Translations under genes and position numbers: made by a program
The notes under the pieces: generated by a model
The model's database searches: none
The model's input: the letters and a program-made list of their open reading frames with translations, nothing else
Told to the model about the DNA's origin: nothing
Origin: Bugula neritina
Lineage: Eukaryota; Animalia; Bryozoa
NCBI GenBank assembly: GCA_964035545.1
Contig: OZ037773.1
Span: 4,369,751 to 4,433,750, forward strand
DNA length: 64,000 nucleotides
Direction of reading: 5' to 3'
In this document: piece after piece, positions 40,217 to 54,927 of the stretch
Position numbering within the stretch: position 1 is the first letter of the stretch
Layout: each line of letters starts with the position of its first letter

Positions 40217-41728
40217 TTTAACTTGATGACTTCTTGATCTAGTCAGCTACGGCCAAGAAATGAAAATCCACTCAACATGTGCGACTCTTTTAGTTTAACA
40301 TTGAGATAGGAACTTTTAGATAAAACATGGAGGTGGATAAGTGTGTTCATCCCATTAAGTTATGTTGTTCCAATAGCAACTGCGACATGTCTTGATTTCC
40401 GAATCAACATTTCACTGCTATATACTAAAGTGGTGTATAGTGCGTATTTCTCACAACATAAACTAAAAAAGCCCAAAATCAAAGTTTATATTTCACATTT
40501 AAATTTGACAAATGCATGTAATTGCTTTAGGCAGCCATTTAAGAAAAGCTGTAATCCACTCCTTGTGATGTCCAAAAATGCTTTCAGTTGCTATTTTAGT
40601 GTGACTGAGCAGATGTAGTTGGTGTAAGCACGTTATAGCACACGCACATGCCTGGTGTAATTGTTATCATAGCTGAAAACTCACACATGTGGACCAAGGT
40701 CAAGGTCTCACACATTTCAGACTTCATATTCTTGTTAGCCTTGAGATCTATTTACTTTATTCTAAAAATAGACCATGCAGCTGCTAATCTCTGAAATTTG
40801 AGAGCTTGCCTTGGCGTATTCCATGTATTGTAAATGTTAGGTGTTTTAAAATACATTTTTGCAGCTTGCATAAAATTTTGCAAACTACAACCACAGGTCA
40901 CATGACACACTATCTGGAGTTGTCTGCTACATACACTTACATGAATTATTTTAGTTATTTCGAATTTTAGTTATTGTATACATGCATGTGTCTTTTTTAT
41001 TAGTTTTCAGTTATTAGGTATTTTATACATACCTTTGCATAAGAAATTAAGTAAATGCCACAAACTTGTGTGAAACTTTGACTGTGCAATGCAAAGCATT
41101 TATATAATGCATGGTTCCAGCTTCATCAGGTGCAGAATAAATGGTCATTGAAATGCACTTATCCTTACAGAAATACAGAGATTAAAATTAGAGTTCAGAG
41201 TAGGTAGTGATGAACTTTTATAACTTTAGGGAACATAGAAATGCTATGCCTTTATTGCTATTCATAAGTAATTATTGCAAAAACTTAGAATGTTACACCC
41301 TTCCATTTTTATTGCAACAGCTGCAAATTAATAAACATTCTTACATGTTATAGGAGCATAGTTTCCGTATAGTTATATAGCCTGCATGAGCACATATAGT
41401 TGTAAACTTTCCTCACAAAAAGCTCAGTTTGACACCCATAAGAACTAATGTGATGAGGCACGCTTATTTAACTAATTTCCCACCAAAGCAATAATCATTG
41501 TAGTTATGCATAAATAAAAAGCTAATCAAGCTTAGTAATACAAATTTCCAAATGCTATGTTAGACATAGCAGATTGATCAAAGTTGAATTCTGAGCATTT
41601 TAACTGGTGCATGTGGTAAATTCTCTATATGTGCAAATCGACATGATTGGCAAATATGTATTATAATAAAAATTAATACATGATACATTAAATTATATTG
41701 CATGTAATATATTATGAATTAAATAATA

Positions 41729-41932
41729 GGGAGCAGCTGTGATCTATAGGGGTTATAGAGCGTTTGCCTAGTAAACACGAAGTCATAGGTTCGAGCCCGA
41801 CACAGGCCATTGGTGATGTTTGGAAGAGCATCCAGTCATAGTTACTCCTGTGCCCCATCTTAATAAGTCCTTAGCCCGCTTTAACAAAAATTTTCTCACA
41901 GGGATAGCGAATATAATAAACTTGCGTGAGTT
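41729..41932 (+). mobile_element. tRNA-derived SINE (family 1)
   Basis: GGGAGCAGCTGTG head, B box GGTTCGAGCCC, shared core and tail. Confidence 0.88.
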
Positions 41933-44390
41933 TATACTATTTAGATGATTTGTTTACCTATCATGTATATATTTTGTACATATGCTATGCATATTTGTGC
42001 ATAAAATATGTTGGGGTTTTATGAAGAGAATTTGTTATGCTCGAAGATCCTTACTGATCATGCTAGGTAGACAAACTGCTGTCACTAGAAACTTAACAGT
42101 TTAATTAATTAGCTTGCCATACTATATATTTAGTCTTGAAGTTTTTTTCAATCAAATTTGTATCACAGATGTTGTTATAAAAAGTTGTTGTCTTCAAAAA
42201 GTTCCGATTTCTATTCAGTAGTAAATGATGTATGAAAGATGGATGACAAGAAATACCACAAAGTTGATGTGAATTACCATAAGACTGCTTTGAACTATTT
42301 TTATTTAAAGCCATCAACTTATACTAGCTGAAAGTTACTGAAGAAAATTACTGTTTGAGCTGCAAGAATCTCCCCATTCGTTGCCAATAAAGTTTAAATG
42401 TTGATAGTTATATAAAAAGAGTTGCACATCAGGCCAGAAACTATACTCAAAGCTATATGTCAAAGCTTTATGACAAGTTTTACCAACAAAGTTGCTAGAA
42501 AATTAATTGCGTATTGAGTCAGATACTATCAAAATTCATGATGCTTGTTTAAAATCTTCATCTCTGTGAAAACACCAACAAGTGGAAAGAGTTTTTAAGG
42601 AGGGGGGGGGGGAGGGGGTAAAGAGTGTCCCTTGACAGTGTTAGCAGTGTAGTGTGAAGACTTAGCTTGAAACAAAAACAATTATGACTAGATGCTTTTC
42701 CTGACTTTTACTAATAGCTTGGCAGAATTTATGGTATAACCAAGTAATTGAGAAACTTGTATAATTGTATAACAAAATCTGACATTTCGTGCAGTATAAT
42801 TACTTTTTTTTAAGTTAAAGCTTAAGTAAGTAGTTTTGAAGAATGTGCAAAAGGTCTAAACAGATTCTTCATTTTATAAAAAACAAATCTATTTGATGCA
42901 AATGTTGATGTTAGCTCTCATATTGTTTCAGTTATAATTGCTTTAATTTATGTAAATTAATAAGCATCTGGCACTACAAATAGCTCTCATCGCACTTTCC
43001 ACAATTACTAATTATAGGTTATAGGTTAGTCCTTGCCAAATACATGTTAATTTCTGATTACAGTCACCTCTGAACAATATATAATCAGTTTAATGAAATA
43101 TTTAAGGTCAAGCGAAGGTAATCTTCGTGGTGAAAGTTATGCCATCCTATGAGCTGGTAATATGCAGATTAGCAATGGCAGTGGCTATTGTAGCATAAAA
43201 TTAGTTATTAATATAGTGCTTTGAACCTTAAATGATTAATGGAATACGGGTATACAGTAATGAATACATTGAATATATTATAGAAATAAAATCTTAAACA
43301 ATGCTAACACCACTTTCCATCACGTCAATTTTCGGTGTTTTAATTTCTAACTTCCAGAGCGATGTACAGGATTTCAAGATTAAGGTCACATGCAGATATG
43401 TGGCTGCACTCCATGTTACTGTTGAAGTATTTATATCCATTGACATACTTAATTAAATCTTAAAGAAATTTTTGTACATATAATCTTGCCGACAAGCCTT
43501 ATTCAATAAATCAACATTATGTTTTATAATTTAGATTTTAGATTATCTTAAGATAAGATTATATATAATTGAATTAGAACAAAAAAACTAAGTTAGTATA
43601 AAAATATGTCTATGTATAATACTTATAAAGAGCACAATAATCAACTGTTAATGTTCAGAACCTACTGGGAACTCATGATCTAATTGCAGTAAATGTAATA
43701 TAATTATGCATTTTCAAGTAACAAATAGAGTGCAAAATAAAAATCAAGCTGGATAATGTTAAGAGAAGTACATAAACAACTTGGCAACTAATTGTCTAAT
43801 CCTATCAGTCTGGAGCAGAAGAGGAGAAATTGAGATAGCCCAAGTTCTTCAATTTTATTATTAAATTTTGGTTTGGGGCTCAGTTTGAAAGTCTTGCAAG
43901 AATTAACATAACTTCTTTTGTTACATTTTTAATCTAGAAAACAGGCTTTTTTAATTTCTCCATTACTGCATCTACTTCACTTTGCTGATATGGAAGAAAC
44001 TTTTAAAATATTGTTCAACAGTTTTAGTTTCACCATCACTGATATTTTATACAACTGATAACGGCAAGACTTTGTAACCAAAGAAAAATAAGAAAAATAG
44101 ATATAAAGCAAGTTCTAATCTATAATGCTAATTAAAAATTTAAGTGAAATACAATCCATCATTGGCTGCGTTAAGAAAAGCTAGTTTATAATGTATTCAA
44201 AAGCATGAAGGGGCAGTAAATGTGTCAAAAAAGAGTGCCGAATACTGCAGGGGCCTTATTAGTAGGTGAAAGTATTATTAGCAGGTGAAAACACTGCATT
44301 CCATTAGTTTGTGGGGAGTATATAAATGTTGGTAATCGGCTTTCAACCAAACCTTGTAATTAATGATCAAATAATATTTTGAGAAGGTAT

Positions 44391-44612
44391 TCACACAATT
44401 TTTATAGTCACCATCCTTGTGAGAGACCTCTGATGAAGAGGGTTTTTATTAAATTGGGCTTATAATGCCTTATTGAAATATGGCACAGGAGCAATTATGT
44501 CTGGATGCTCTTCCTAACATTACCAATGGCCTTTGTCCGGGCTCGAACACATGACTTCGTGAGCACTAAGCAAAATCTCTAACTCCTATAATAATAGACC
44601 ACGGCTGCTCCC
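44391..44612 (-). mobile_element. tRNA-derived SINE (family 1)
   Basis: Reverse complement of the family head GGGAGCAGCCGTGGTCTA, B box GTTCGAGCCC and core. Confidence 0.85.
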
Positions 44613-46044
44613 TAAAATAATATGTTGAGTAGGTACTTAACACTAAAATATTATTTCAACATTCTAAGAGAGCAAGGTCTGTTAGTAATTATGTTCAAAA
44701 GACAAAAACTGAACTTGGCAACACATGCTCTACTTTGAAATTCTTGGTAAAGCTACCAGCAACCGATGCTTGTTGAAACAATATTTTTAATTTTCAAAAA
44801 CTTTCTTTTTTAGATAATTGCATGCCCCATTTACTACTCGGTCATGGGATTCTGTTTATTACCTGGGAAATGCTGTTATTTAGTGGCATCTAAACTCAGT
44901 ACAATCAAATTTTGTTTTGATGTGAAATATTTTATCAAGCATACTATTATACACATTCCTTTCCACATGTTTATGCCAATAACTTAATGTAAACCAGAGA
45001 GCACAACGCAGCTATATTAAGGATATACAGTTAATGGCCTTAGATTTCAAAGCAAAGCAATCTATAGAAAAGTCGATATAGAGACAAAATCGAGTATAGG
45101 GGTTGCAATTTGTATCCAACATCTGTGTCCAAACTCCAAACCCCAACTTCAAACTTGAGACCCCCAAACCACTGCACTCAGTGACCACTAACTTGGTGCT
45201 GCTTTAAGCGATTTTCAATCTAGCCTGTACAAGAGTGATATGATACCATTACTCAAGACCACAAGTGATTAAAGTTAAAAGAGCCGAGTTAAATGGCACA
45301 CTGCCTGCCATGTGGGGAACTTACATCAAGTGAGGAATTCACGTGCCAACAATAGAAGGCAAAAAATATGCGTTACCCGGTCAAATTAGATTTTTTCATC
45401 AACTGGTGGCAGAATAAATTCTATTAGATTGAACCAATAGAATGCTGTGCCATCAGTTCGACGTGTGATACACTTGACTAACAATCAGGGTTACTCATTC
45501 TGTAGTCTAGGCTTTGCTCTGGTAATTTAGATTACGAGTTCTCTGAGTTCATTTGTGATACAAGACATATGAACTTCTCATTATTACATGCAAGTTTTAA
45601 ACTTAGTGAACTTTTGATTTCTGTTAAGTTGATGACTCATGACTAAAGAATATTGAGTATTTCTAAATAATCTACACTTATAAGAAAATTGCTGATTCAA
45701 ACAGCCACGTTATGTTCATGCTAATATCTCACTTAAGAAATCACATTATTCAAAGTAGCTGCCTATAGTTTGAACTTATTTGAAAGTATCTGCCTTATTT
45801 TGATCCACTTGGTTTAAACATTCAGACACATTATTTTGTTCATGAGACATTTGCACAAGTCTACAACTAGATTCTGACTGCCTGGTAAATGAGTCTGTCA
45901 TAGTCAGACTAAAAGATGCACTTTTAATGGCTCTTTTTATGTTTTTGTGTTGACAAATTATCATTTTTTGTATTTGGATCTAGACATGCACTGCTATGCT
46001 ATAAATACGTGTGCATTTACTGTATAAAACTTTTTCTCCCATGC

Positions 46045-46318
46045 ACTTGGATTCGAATCCGAGACCTCTGGCTTGCAAGCAGGCACACTGCCATTGAACC
46101 ACAAGGGCTTACATGGGATTCCTAACAACAGCCCACCCATTTGATTTCTCTAGAACTGTACAGGCCCCATGATATTTTTGCCAGTTTACTTGCCATTCAA
46201 TCCCTTAAGAGGACTCTACACAAGGCCGAAATAGCTTGTAAAACTGTTGCCCTCACCGAGATTCGAACCCGAGACCTCTGGCTTGCAAGCAGGAGCACTA
46301 CCACTACACCACAGGGTC
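46045..46318 (-). mobile_element. tRNA-derived SINE (family 2), two tandem heads
   Basis: The minus strand reads TGGTGTAGTGGTAGTGCTCCTGCTTGCAAGCCAGAGGTCTCGGGTTCGAATCTC (46318-46255). A second similar head lies at 46108-46045. A and B boxes are present but the acceptor stem is imperfect. Confidence 0.65.
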
Positions 46319-47040
46319 TCCTGGCTAAACTCAACACTAAATACTGACATATAGCTACAAACATAACCAGTACCAATTATATGCATAGTTCCAATACTCT
46401 AGTTGTCCTTCAAAAATCCTGAGCCAATAACTGACTTATGTACAATGATGATGATTGGCAGTAGCTTTATATTTAAATAATAAGTTATTTTGAATTGTCA
46501 AATGGTTAATTTAAAGTCTTTCAGACAGCCTTAAATGCTGCATCTCATTAGAATTCTGTGTGCCATTCACTATAGAAGTGAATGCACAGGTGTACAATAT
46601 AGCAAATGCTGAATAAATTAATATTTGTAATGAAAAATTTTTAGAAACGTTGTTGACTTATGAACAATAATAATATTTTTTTCTCGCCTATCTCCGCTTT
46701 GTCTTGTTAGGTAGCGGGATGAACAATAATTATATTAAATGCAGTTTGTTATATGCATTTTATTAACTATATTAATGGTATAACTATAATACCTGAAAAC
46801 ACTTATAGTCTTTGACACATAAAAATTTGACTATACTACATGTTAACACTGTGCTACAGTGTAATGCATAGGAATTGTGGAAGTGAAAACTTTTACCACA
46901 AAAGTTTTTGCGAATTCTTGGTAACGGTGCCAAGCAATCAGACGTGTTGATGTCCAATTTCACTTCACACACTGGAGATCTGAGCTAGCTTTATCACTTG
47001 TTGAAAAAATTAAAGACAAATAAAACTTTCAAACTTAAAG

Positions 47041-47256
47041 AACTCACGGAAGTTTATAGTCAGTATCCCTGTGAGAAACCCTTGATGGAAAGGGTTATTG
47101 TTTAAGCGGGCTATAAGGACTTATTAAGATGAGGCACAGGAGCAATTAGGACTGAATGTCTTTCCTAACATTACCGCAATAGCCTTTGTCAAGGTTCGAA
47201 CCCATGACTTCGTGTTCACAAAGCAAGCACTCTAACCCCAGACCACGGCTGCTCCC
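47041..47256 (-). mobile_element. tRNA-derived SINE (family 1)
   Basis: Full head with B box GGTTCGAACC, core and tail on the minus strand. Confidence 0.88.
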
Positions 47257-48654
47257 TAAAACTTAGCTTTTTATTATTACAATAAAAGTTTGTTTGGTAC
47301 ACTTTTACTGCTATACTTTTAATGCTCTAAAATGTTGCTTCTAGTTATAATCACCAATAAAGAAATAAATAAATAAAATAAATAAACAAATAAATAAAAC
47401 ATTATCCAAGTTACTCTACTTCAGTAAAGCTGTATGAGTGAACATAAAAATGGAGAATCTTTATGTAGCCATATAGAACACTGAAGCATTAACTCCGCCA
47501 AAACGTTTCAGCTTGACCAAGAAGACACACTTATAAAGTCACATTAATCTTTTGCATTATAATGCTTTCAAGCACAGTCAACTTTCACTGAGTTAGCAAG
47601 TGTGACATGAACCATGAATCATCAGGCTGCGTTCATGACGGAGGAGTTGGAATAAACACCGTCATATAACTTGTTGTCTCTGCCAATCAAACACTACTCC
47701 CTATTTCACCTTATAATACTGTTGACAACACGCAGCAGGATGAAAACAGCTAAGTGATTAATTATACACCATCCAATGAGGGGAGATACAGGAATATATA
47801 ATATATACAGACACTCTTTACATGTCACAGTTGTTGGAGCTGGAAGATTGGTGGGGAGCAGTGGAAGTGGTACTATCTTGTACGGTGTATACACAGCAAT
47901 TGAAAGGTAAGGGAGCTTTAAGTTTCAATAATAAAAATATAATATAAATAATATAATAAACATTATATTATTTTACAGAGAAGTGTTTCCTTGTAACCTC
48001 TGATCAGCTTTTAAGTAAAAATAATTTTTTTTAATATAAAACACTTTTTATACCTTTTTTGTTTTTATCAATATTTTTGCTAAAGCCAGTGTTTTTAAAA
48101 ATAATGCATTCTTTTGAAAAGTTGACAAGATTATGACAAACTATCACAGTATTTTTTAGACTAATGTGTTTTTGTAGACTTACGACCTTGTTATAGATTT
48201 TTTAACATAGTCTGCTTATAGCCTCTGTTTTTGCTGAATAAATTTTAATATCAGGTTATATAGATAACATAATAAGAACTTGAGTCTAAACTAGCTTAGT
48301 GCGACGGGGTTTTCACAGAGATAAAACTTTCTCCACAACTTTCCAATCTCTCATATTTACCATTCTTTTAAATTGCTATATCAGCCATAGTCTAATTACT
48401 TCTACTGTACTGCATATAACTGAATAGTAGAATTTCTAAAGAAATTGAAAAATAAACAAATTGATATAATAATCATATTCTTTTACTCATTAAGGTGGCC
48501 ATCAAACATAGAGTGTAAAATCTAGCCCAGCTGCTTAAACTATTTTATTCTACTATAATTATGAAGACCATATTGAAAAGAACTCATGTTAAACAAGTAA
48601 GCAATAATTACATTAATTTTCAAGCATTGAAGATATGATTTTCAAGCATATAAT

Positions 48655-49431
48655 ATGTTGCAGAAAATGTGGAAACTGTGCATCTTAATGGTTCTTGTTG
48701 GAGTTGTGCTCCCAGATCCTATTCTGGACATCACGCCTAATCCCCGATACTACAGACCAACCACCACACAACGTCCTCATCATCCAGTTTACAAGCCACA
48801 CCCTAAAGATGGGCAACACCCACATTACCAATCAGCGCACACAATTAGTAAGTAATCATGCAGTGTCCGTCATTAAATAAAATCATTATAGGCGTTGAAT
48901 TCTATGCACTCTTTTCAATAAGTCGCTCACCATAGATTAGTGCCGGAAAAATACAACTATAGACGTAAATTCATCTTTAGGAAAATTTTATATATATTTC
49001 TGTTGAGGCATAAACAAGGGTCTAATGAACTGAAGGTAATGTTACCACATCAGGATATAAATTAAGTTATATCCATATTTTGAAAATAAATTTGACAAGA
49101 TAATAATATATTCATTAATTTTTGTCTATTGAATCAGTTTGGCGTTATAAACAAAACAGTCTGTACAACTAAAGATTGTTGTACGCAAATACAATTTTTT
49201 AATATTTATGAAGTAAATTTATTTTTTCTAGTTGATGACTGCACGTGTTTTGAGAAAGGGAATTACTACTCTCCAGTCACTAGTAACAACTGTCACACCT
49301 TCACCCAGTACACATCGGAACTACCACCAGAAGTGCTTGCGTGTCCCTATGGACTACAGTTTGATGTGAAAACATGTGTATGCAATGAGCCAAGGCACAG
49401 CGTTTGCCCCTATCAATGCCCTATCTATTGA
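48655..49431 (+). CDS. Small secreted chitin-binding type-2 (CBM14/peritrophin-A-like) protein, 2 exons, ~130 aa
   Basis: Exons 48655-48847 and 49232-49431 (phase 1). It has a signal peptide, a Pro/His-rich linker, then DDCTCFEKGNYYSPVTSNNCHTFTQY...ACPYGLQFDVKTCVCNEPRHSVCP, with the CPxGLxFD...C motif. AATAAA at ~49611. Confidence 0.82.
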
Positions 49432-51084
49432 TGGCTTAAAATTATGTTTTAAGTTTTGAGCTATATTTTAAAATATATAATAATAATATGTTCCAGTTTA
49501 TAATGTGAGGGTTCGTAGCTTTTTAGTGGTTCACAAATCAAATGTAATTTGATACTCAAGTGCATGGTTATAAATGACTATTTTCAATTTTTCTGAAGTT
49601 TATGAGCAACAATAAAAATAATTGAATTTTGTTGTGTTATAAAACAAAGCTGTTATTTAATATGACCAAGTTACAAGGAGATAAAAATAACTATGTAATT
49701 TCAGCAGTTTTTCATATAAAATCGATCATGAAAAAATGTCAATAATTAATGTTCAACATGGTTTTGGCAGTAATAAAAAGTCATAAGCATATTTTTTTTA
49801 TTAATGTTTATTAATAATACAAAATAGGAAGTGGTGCGGATTCAAATTGATTCAATCTGAATACCAATCAATCATGAAATGTCCTTTGAGTACTTGTAAT
49901 AATAGGTTCATGAGAGCCTTTGTAGCTTTTAAATTATTTGAAATATAATTAAAAACCACTACTTCAAGTGTTTAGCATATTCTAACATGTTATAAAATAA
50001 TATGAAACTTGTTGACCCTCGTGATTTATAAGAAGATCTCTATTTAATTTCAAATAATTATTTCAAATTACTTGGTAAAACCTTGCATAAATTATTGCCA
50101 AATAGTTGTTGTTGCAGTTTTATATTTTGTAAAATATGTAATTGGGGTAATGAATATGTAAATTTACCTGATTGTATAATAACATAAAAATTATGTTTGC
50201 AACTCTTGAGTTGGTAAGTTTTTTAAGGTGCAATACCAATTATCTATTAGAGTGTCACTCCAAAATTTATTAATCGAGACAATATGTCTAACTTACTGAA
50301 AAATTATTTGTGAAAAAAGGGAAACCCTTTAAAAGAGCAGATAAGTTCAAGCATTAGCAACATAGGTTGCGCAATTGAACAGATATTAGAAGTATGTTAT
50401 GATGCCAGTGAAATGAAGTCAATTGTTTAATGTATTATATGGCACTATTTTAAAACTATTGAAACTTTTTTGGGAAAAATAGAAAAGATGGCCTGTATAG
50501 GTAGAGTTAGTTTTCCATTGAATGGGAGAGCATAACTCCGTTTACATCAGATGACAAAACAAAGAAAATACAACTTTCAGTCTAAGTCTGTTACATATTC
50601 TAGTCTGTACAGTTGCTTGCCTCCCTTGCAATGCTTTACTTGATGGTAATTATTAAACACACTCATGCAGTCTTGTGAACAAAATAGTGGATATTTTGCA
50701 GAGTTATGTTACCTTAAGAGTTGAGTTGAATCATGAAAAGTGAGACCTATAATACATATATAATACAATGGCAAGTTGATGACTGACCCATTACTCTGAG
50801 CTTTTTATTCATCAAGGGATACATATATAAAAACTTACATTCCTTTATAATATTTTAAATTGAACTTGGAGCTTTTATATGTATAAAAAGACAACTCCAA
50901 AATTCTTATCATAATATAACTTCATGTAGCTTACACTATTGGATTGAAGAGAGAGTTACCTCCCCATTTTTCTTAGCTTTTATTTTTAATGTACTAATTA
51001 CTAAAAGCATTTAAACAGAAATTACACAGGGTTAATGTTCAGCAAACCTTTCTGTAATGTTTTATTATTATGCATTTAGTAGTC

Positions 51085-52430
51085 TAATGGGGTATTGTCC
51101 ACGTTCTATCAGCAACAATCAAGTTATTATATAATTGGAAAAGCATTGCAACCAATGTAAGACTTTAACTTAAGACATTTTTAGCCATGTAATAGTTTGA
51201 GGACAAAACTAAGAGAAGTTTTACAGAATAAAATTTTGCATGCTTTATTTAAAACTTAAGACACTAGCTAGGCTAGTAAAATGCATTATAACCTTTATTG
51301 TGGAAAATAACATCGCATAATTACATGCCACATAAGACCATATTCAGAACCATAAAAGTTTCGTAATTTAAAAATGTTAAAAATTAATTAAACTGAAGCA
51401 CCGTAACCCAGAATTAGCAGTGAATATTTACTGAAGGTCGTGTTTAGGTCAATGGTTAACAGCTGATGACGCTGACTTCACTTGCCAAGATGGATGGAGC
51501 ATTTACAAGAGCTACTCGCACATTTATACAAAAGGTAGCCTCCGTCCTTGCAATACCTCTTGCATTTCCATGGATAGTTGGGGCATCCGTAGCTAGCCTC
51601 TGCTACTGAAGCTATGGAAAATTGTATAACATGGTCAGGTAACTTCAAAATGTGTGCACTGTTTTTATAGTAGTATAATTTTTGTGTATAATTATATTTT
51701 TTGCGACCACATCATCTCAATAAACAGAAATCAATTATGTGTACAAAAATAGCCTAATGGGGGTATTGACCACTGATAGATGATCATGCAGCAACAATCA
51801 AGCTATAACCTATTATAAAATGAGAAAAAGTTGCAGCTGTTAAACATTAGCTTAAACTATTTTTTAGTCATGTAAAGGTTTGGGAACAGAACTAATACTT
51901 AAAAAGATAAAAAATTTTCACAACATTAAAATTTTGCATGCTTTAATTAAAGTAAGACACTTGGCTAGCAAAGTGTATTAGTCTTTATTGCAGAAAATAA
52001 CATAGTAATTGCATGCCATATAATACTATATTCAGAACCATAGAAGTTCTATAATTTCAAAAAATCACATTTTTTCAAACTGCAGTATTTTAAGCAAGAA
52101 CTATAGCAGAATAAATATTCTATGAAGGTCATGTTGAAGTCAAGGGTTAACAGCTGATGAAGGTGATTTTAATTGCCAAGAGGGATGCGACATTTACAAG
52201 TGTTAACTACACATTTATACATAAAGTAGCCTTCGTCTCCGCAATATTGTCTGCATATCCATGGAAATTTGGGGCATCCATAGCTAGCTTCTGCTACCGA
52301 AGCTGTTAAAAGTTGCATAACATGGTGAGGTAACTCCAACATTTTTGCACTGTTTTTATGAAAATATTATTATACTTTCTGCTTAATTATAATTTATGCG
52401 ATCACATCATTTCAATAAACAAAAATCAAT
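51085..52430. repeat. ~690-bp tandem duplication carrying the defensin mature exon, its 3' splice site and 3' UTR
   Basis: ~51085-51740 aligns with ~51755-52430 (e.g. ctaatggggtattg, aaattttgcatgcttta, tattcagaaccata, ggttaacagctgatga, cacatcat.tcaataaaca). Confidence 0.88.
51478..51611 (-). CDS. Defensin-like mature-peptide exon B (second, alternative terminal exon of the 52745 gene)
   Basis: Acceptor ttttccatag|CT, then (A)SVAEA-SYGCPNYPWKCKRYCKDGGYLLYKCASSSCKCSIHLGK*. The 6-Cys CS-alpha-beta pattern is intact and it has its own AATAAA (minus strand, 51299-51294). No signal exon of its own was found. Confidence 0.85.
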
Positions 52431-52745
52431 TTATATCTGTATAAAATGTTTTTTTTTAATGATAATGATTAAAACTTAAATCTAGAAAATATTAAGTATC
52501 TATAGAAGAGTTGAAATTTTAATTAATTTAATTAATAATTTAATTGATTTTAATTAATTTAATTATTTATTTAATTGATTTTAATTAATTTAATAATAAA
52601 ATGTGTGTAATTATACTAAACATTTCGAAATTGGTAGACAAAATTCATTAAAACAGTTTCACTTGCATAATACTTAGTAAATCTTCAACTCACCTAATGC
52701 ACTGATGACAATCATGGCAATCACAAACACAGCAAGAACCTTCAT
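52169..52745 (-). CDS. CS-alpha-beta defensin-like peptide precursor (signal exon + mature exon A), 61 aa
   Basis: Exons 52745-52694 and 52302-52169. Translation: MKVLAVFVIAMIVISALASVAEA-SYGCPKFPWICRQYCGDEGYFMYKCVVNTCKCRIPLGN*. Cys spacing is C-x6-C-x3-C-x9-C-x4-C-x-C, with a phase-1 intron in the signal peptide. AATAAA at 51989-51984. Confidence 0.9.
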
Positions 52746-53503
52746 ATTAAGTTTGTTTCTATAAGTAAATCATTGGGAGACCATTTTAAAACGCAATAAG
52801 ATTAACTGTTTTAAAGTTTAAAATGACTATTGTGAGAATATGACAGATTGGTAATGATTTTTCATTTATAAAATTGCTTATAAAAAAAATATCGTTATTA
52901 TTATACTACAAGTTGCTAAGTAATTTCATTTTGCTTTCCTGAAAGTTTAATATTTCATGTGTTAAATGTTGACAAACAAACCTACATATAATACGAATTG
53001 CCGCATTAGGTTTTAAATTTTATTTTTTCAATTTGAATTATGTTATAATACCTATAATAGCATAATATACATATGGATGAAAAATACAAAAAACTCTGAT
53101 AACAAGTGCAATGATGTTTCAACTGAAGATTAATTGTGCTATATAGAAAGTAAAGCAAGTTTGGCAGGTAAAACCCTTGTTAGTTGCAGATTCCCAACAT
53201 ATCTTTTTAAAACAGACTTTTTCTTACATATTATGTGACTTTCTTCTTTAAATTAAAAAAGCAGGTGGCTGTATCAGTACCTTCTTTTTTATTTGCAAGA
53301 AAATCTGCTGTCAAACAGATTTGTGCCTTTCTTATACTTAGAGTTGAAGAGTTATATTTGCTATAACTCACATTGATCACATAATTCTATGAGAATTATA
53401 ATTTACTAATTATCAGCGATGAATAAATAAACTATTTTCAAAAATTGTTGCAACACAGTAAATTTTTTTTAATATAATATTATGTTTATATAATTAAACG
53501 TAC

Positions 53504-53680
53504 CTGTAATACTTCACCTGTGTTAAACAAAAGTCAGATATTAAACAATATTGTAGTAAAAATGCATCTCAAAGCCCTTATATACCATTTTTAGCAAATT
53601 ATTTCAATTGAAAACATCATGTTAATTTAAGTTGATTGGCTAATACATATTATCTGCAATAGATAATAGTGAGTAATTAG
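53504..53680 (-). promoter_or_regulatory. Promoter and non-coding first exon of the minus-strand defensin gene
   Basis: The minus strand reads TTAGCCAATCA, then GTATATAAGGGCTTTGAGATGCAT (TATA), then the donor TTACAG|GTACGTTTAATTA. All three are conserved with 60090-60270. Confidence 0.7.
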
Positions 53681-53990
53681 CTTACATAATATTTAATTGA
53701 TAGAAAACATTGTTTATTATTTAATTTAGTATTTTAGATCAGCCTGATCCTATTGTTAACAGACAATTTATAGATTAAATTGAATGATGTAATGCAGATA
53801 TTCAATTGCTATTACTCTTTGATAGGCCTTCATAAAAGAACTAGGATAAGCTTTTAGTTGTACAGTTATTTTTTGTGAACTAAAAGCATATTCACTGCTA
53901 CTGAACATATAGTAGCAAGTTGTGTCTGCAGATATGTAGCACATCATCTATCACAATATGCAATGGTGCATGTGATATGTATACTATTCA

Positions 53991-54026
53991 ATATATATAT
54001 ATATATATATATATAGAATATATATA

Positions 54027-54117
<91 letters not shown>
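53991..54117. repeat. (TA)n microsatellite
   Basis: Read directly from the sequence. Confidence 0.95.

Positions 54118-54927
<810 letters not shown>

Noticed and set aside
46245-46318. Possible tRNA-Ala(TGC) gene
   Set aside because: The acceptor and anticodon stems pair poorly and a second degenerate head is adjacent, so it is better explained as a SINE.
47825-47907. Candidate exon ending GAAAG|GTAAGG after a TATA-like sequence
   Set aside because: It could be the 5' UTR exon of the chitin-binding gene, but there is no independent support, so it is not called.
51750-51800. Possible separate signal exon for defensin exon B
   Set aside because: It is the duplicated 3' flank (homologous to ~51085-51120), encodes no hydrophobic leader and lacks a GT donor.
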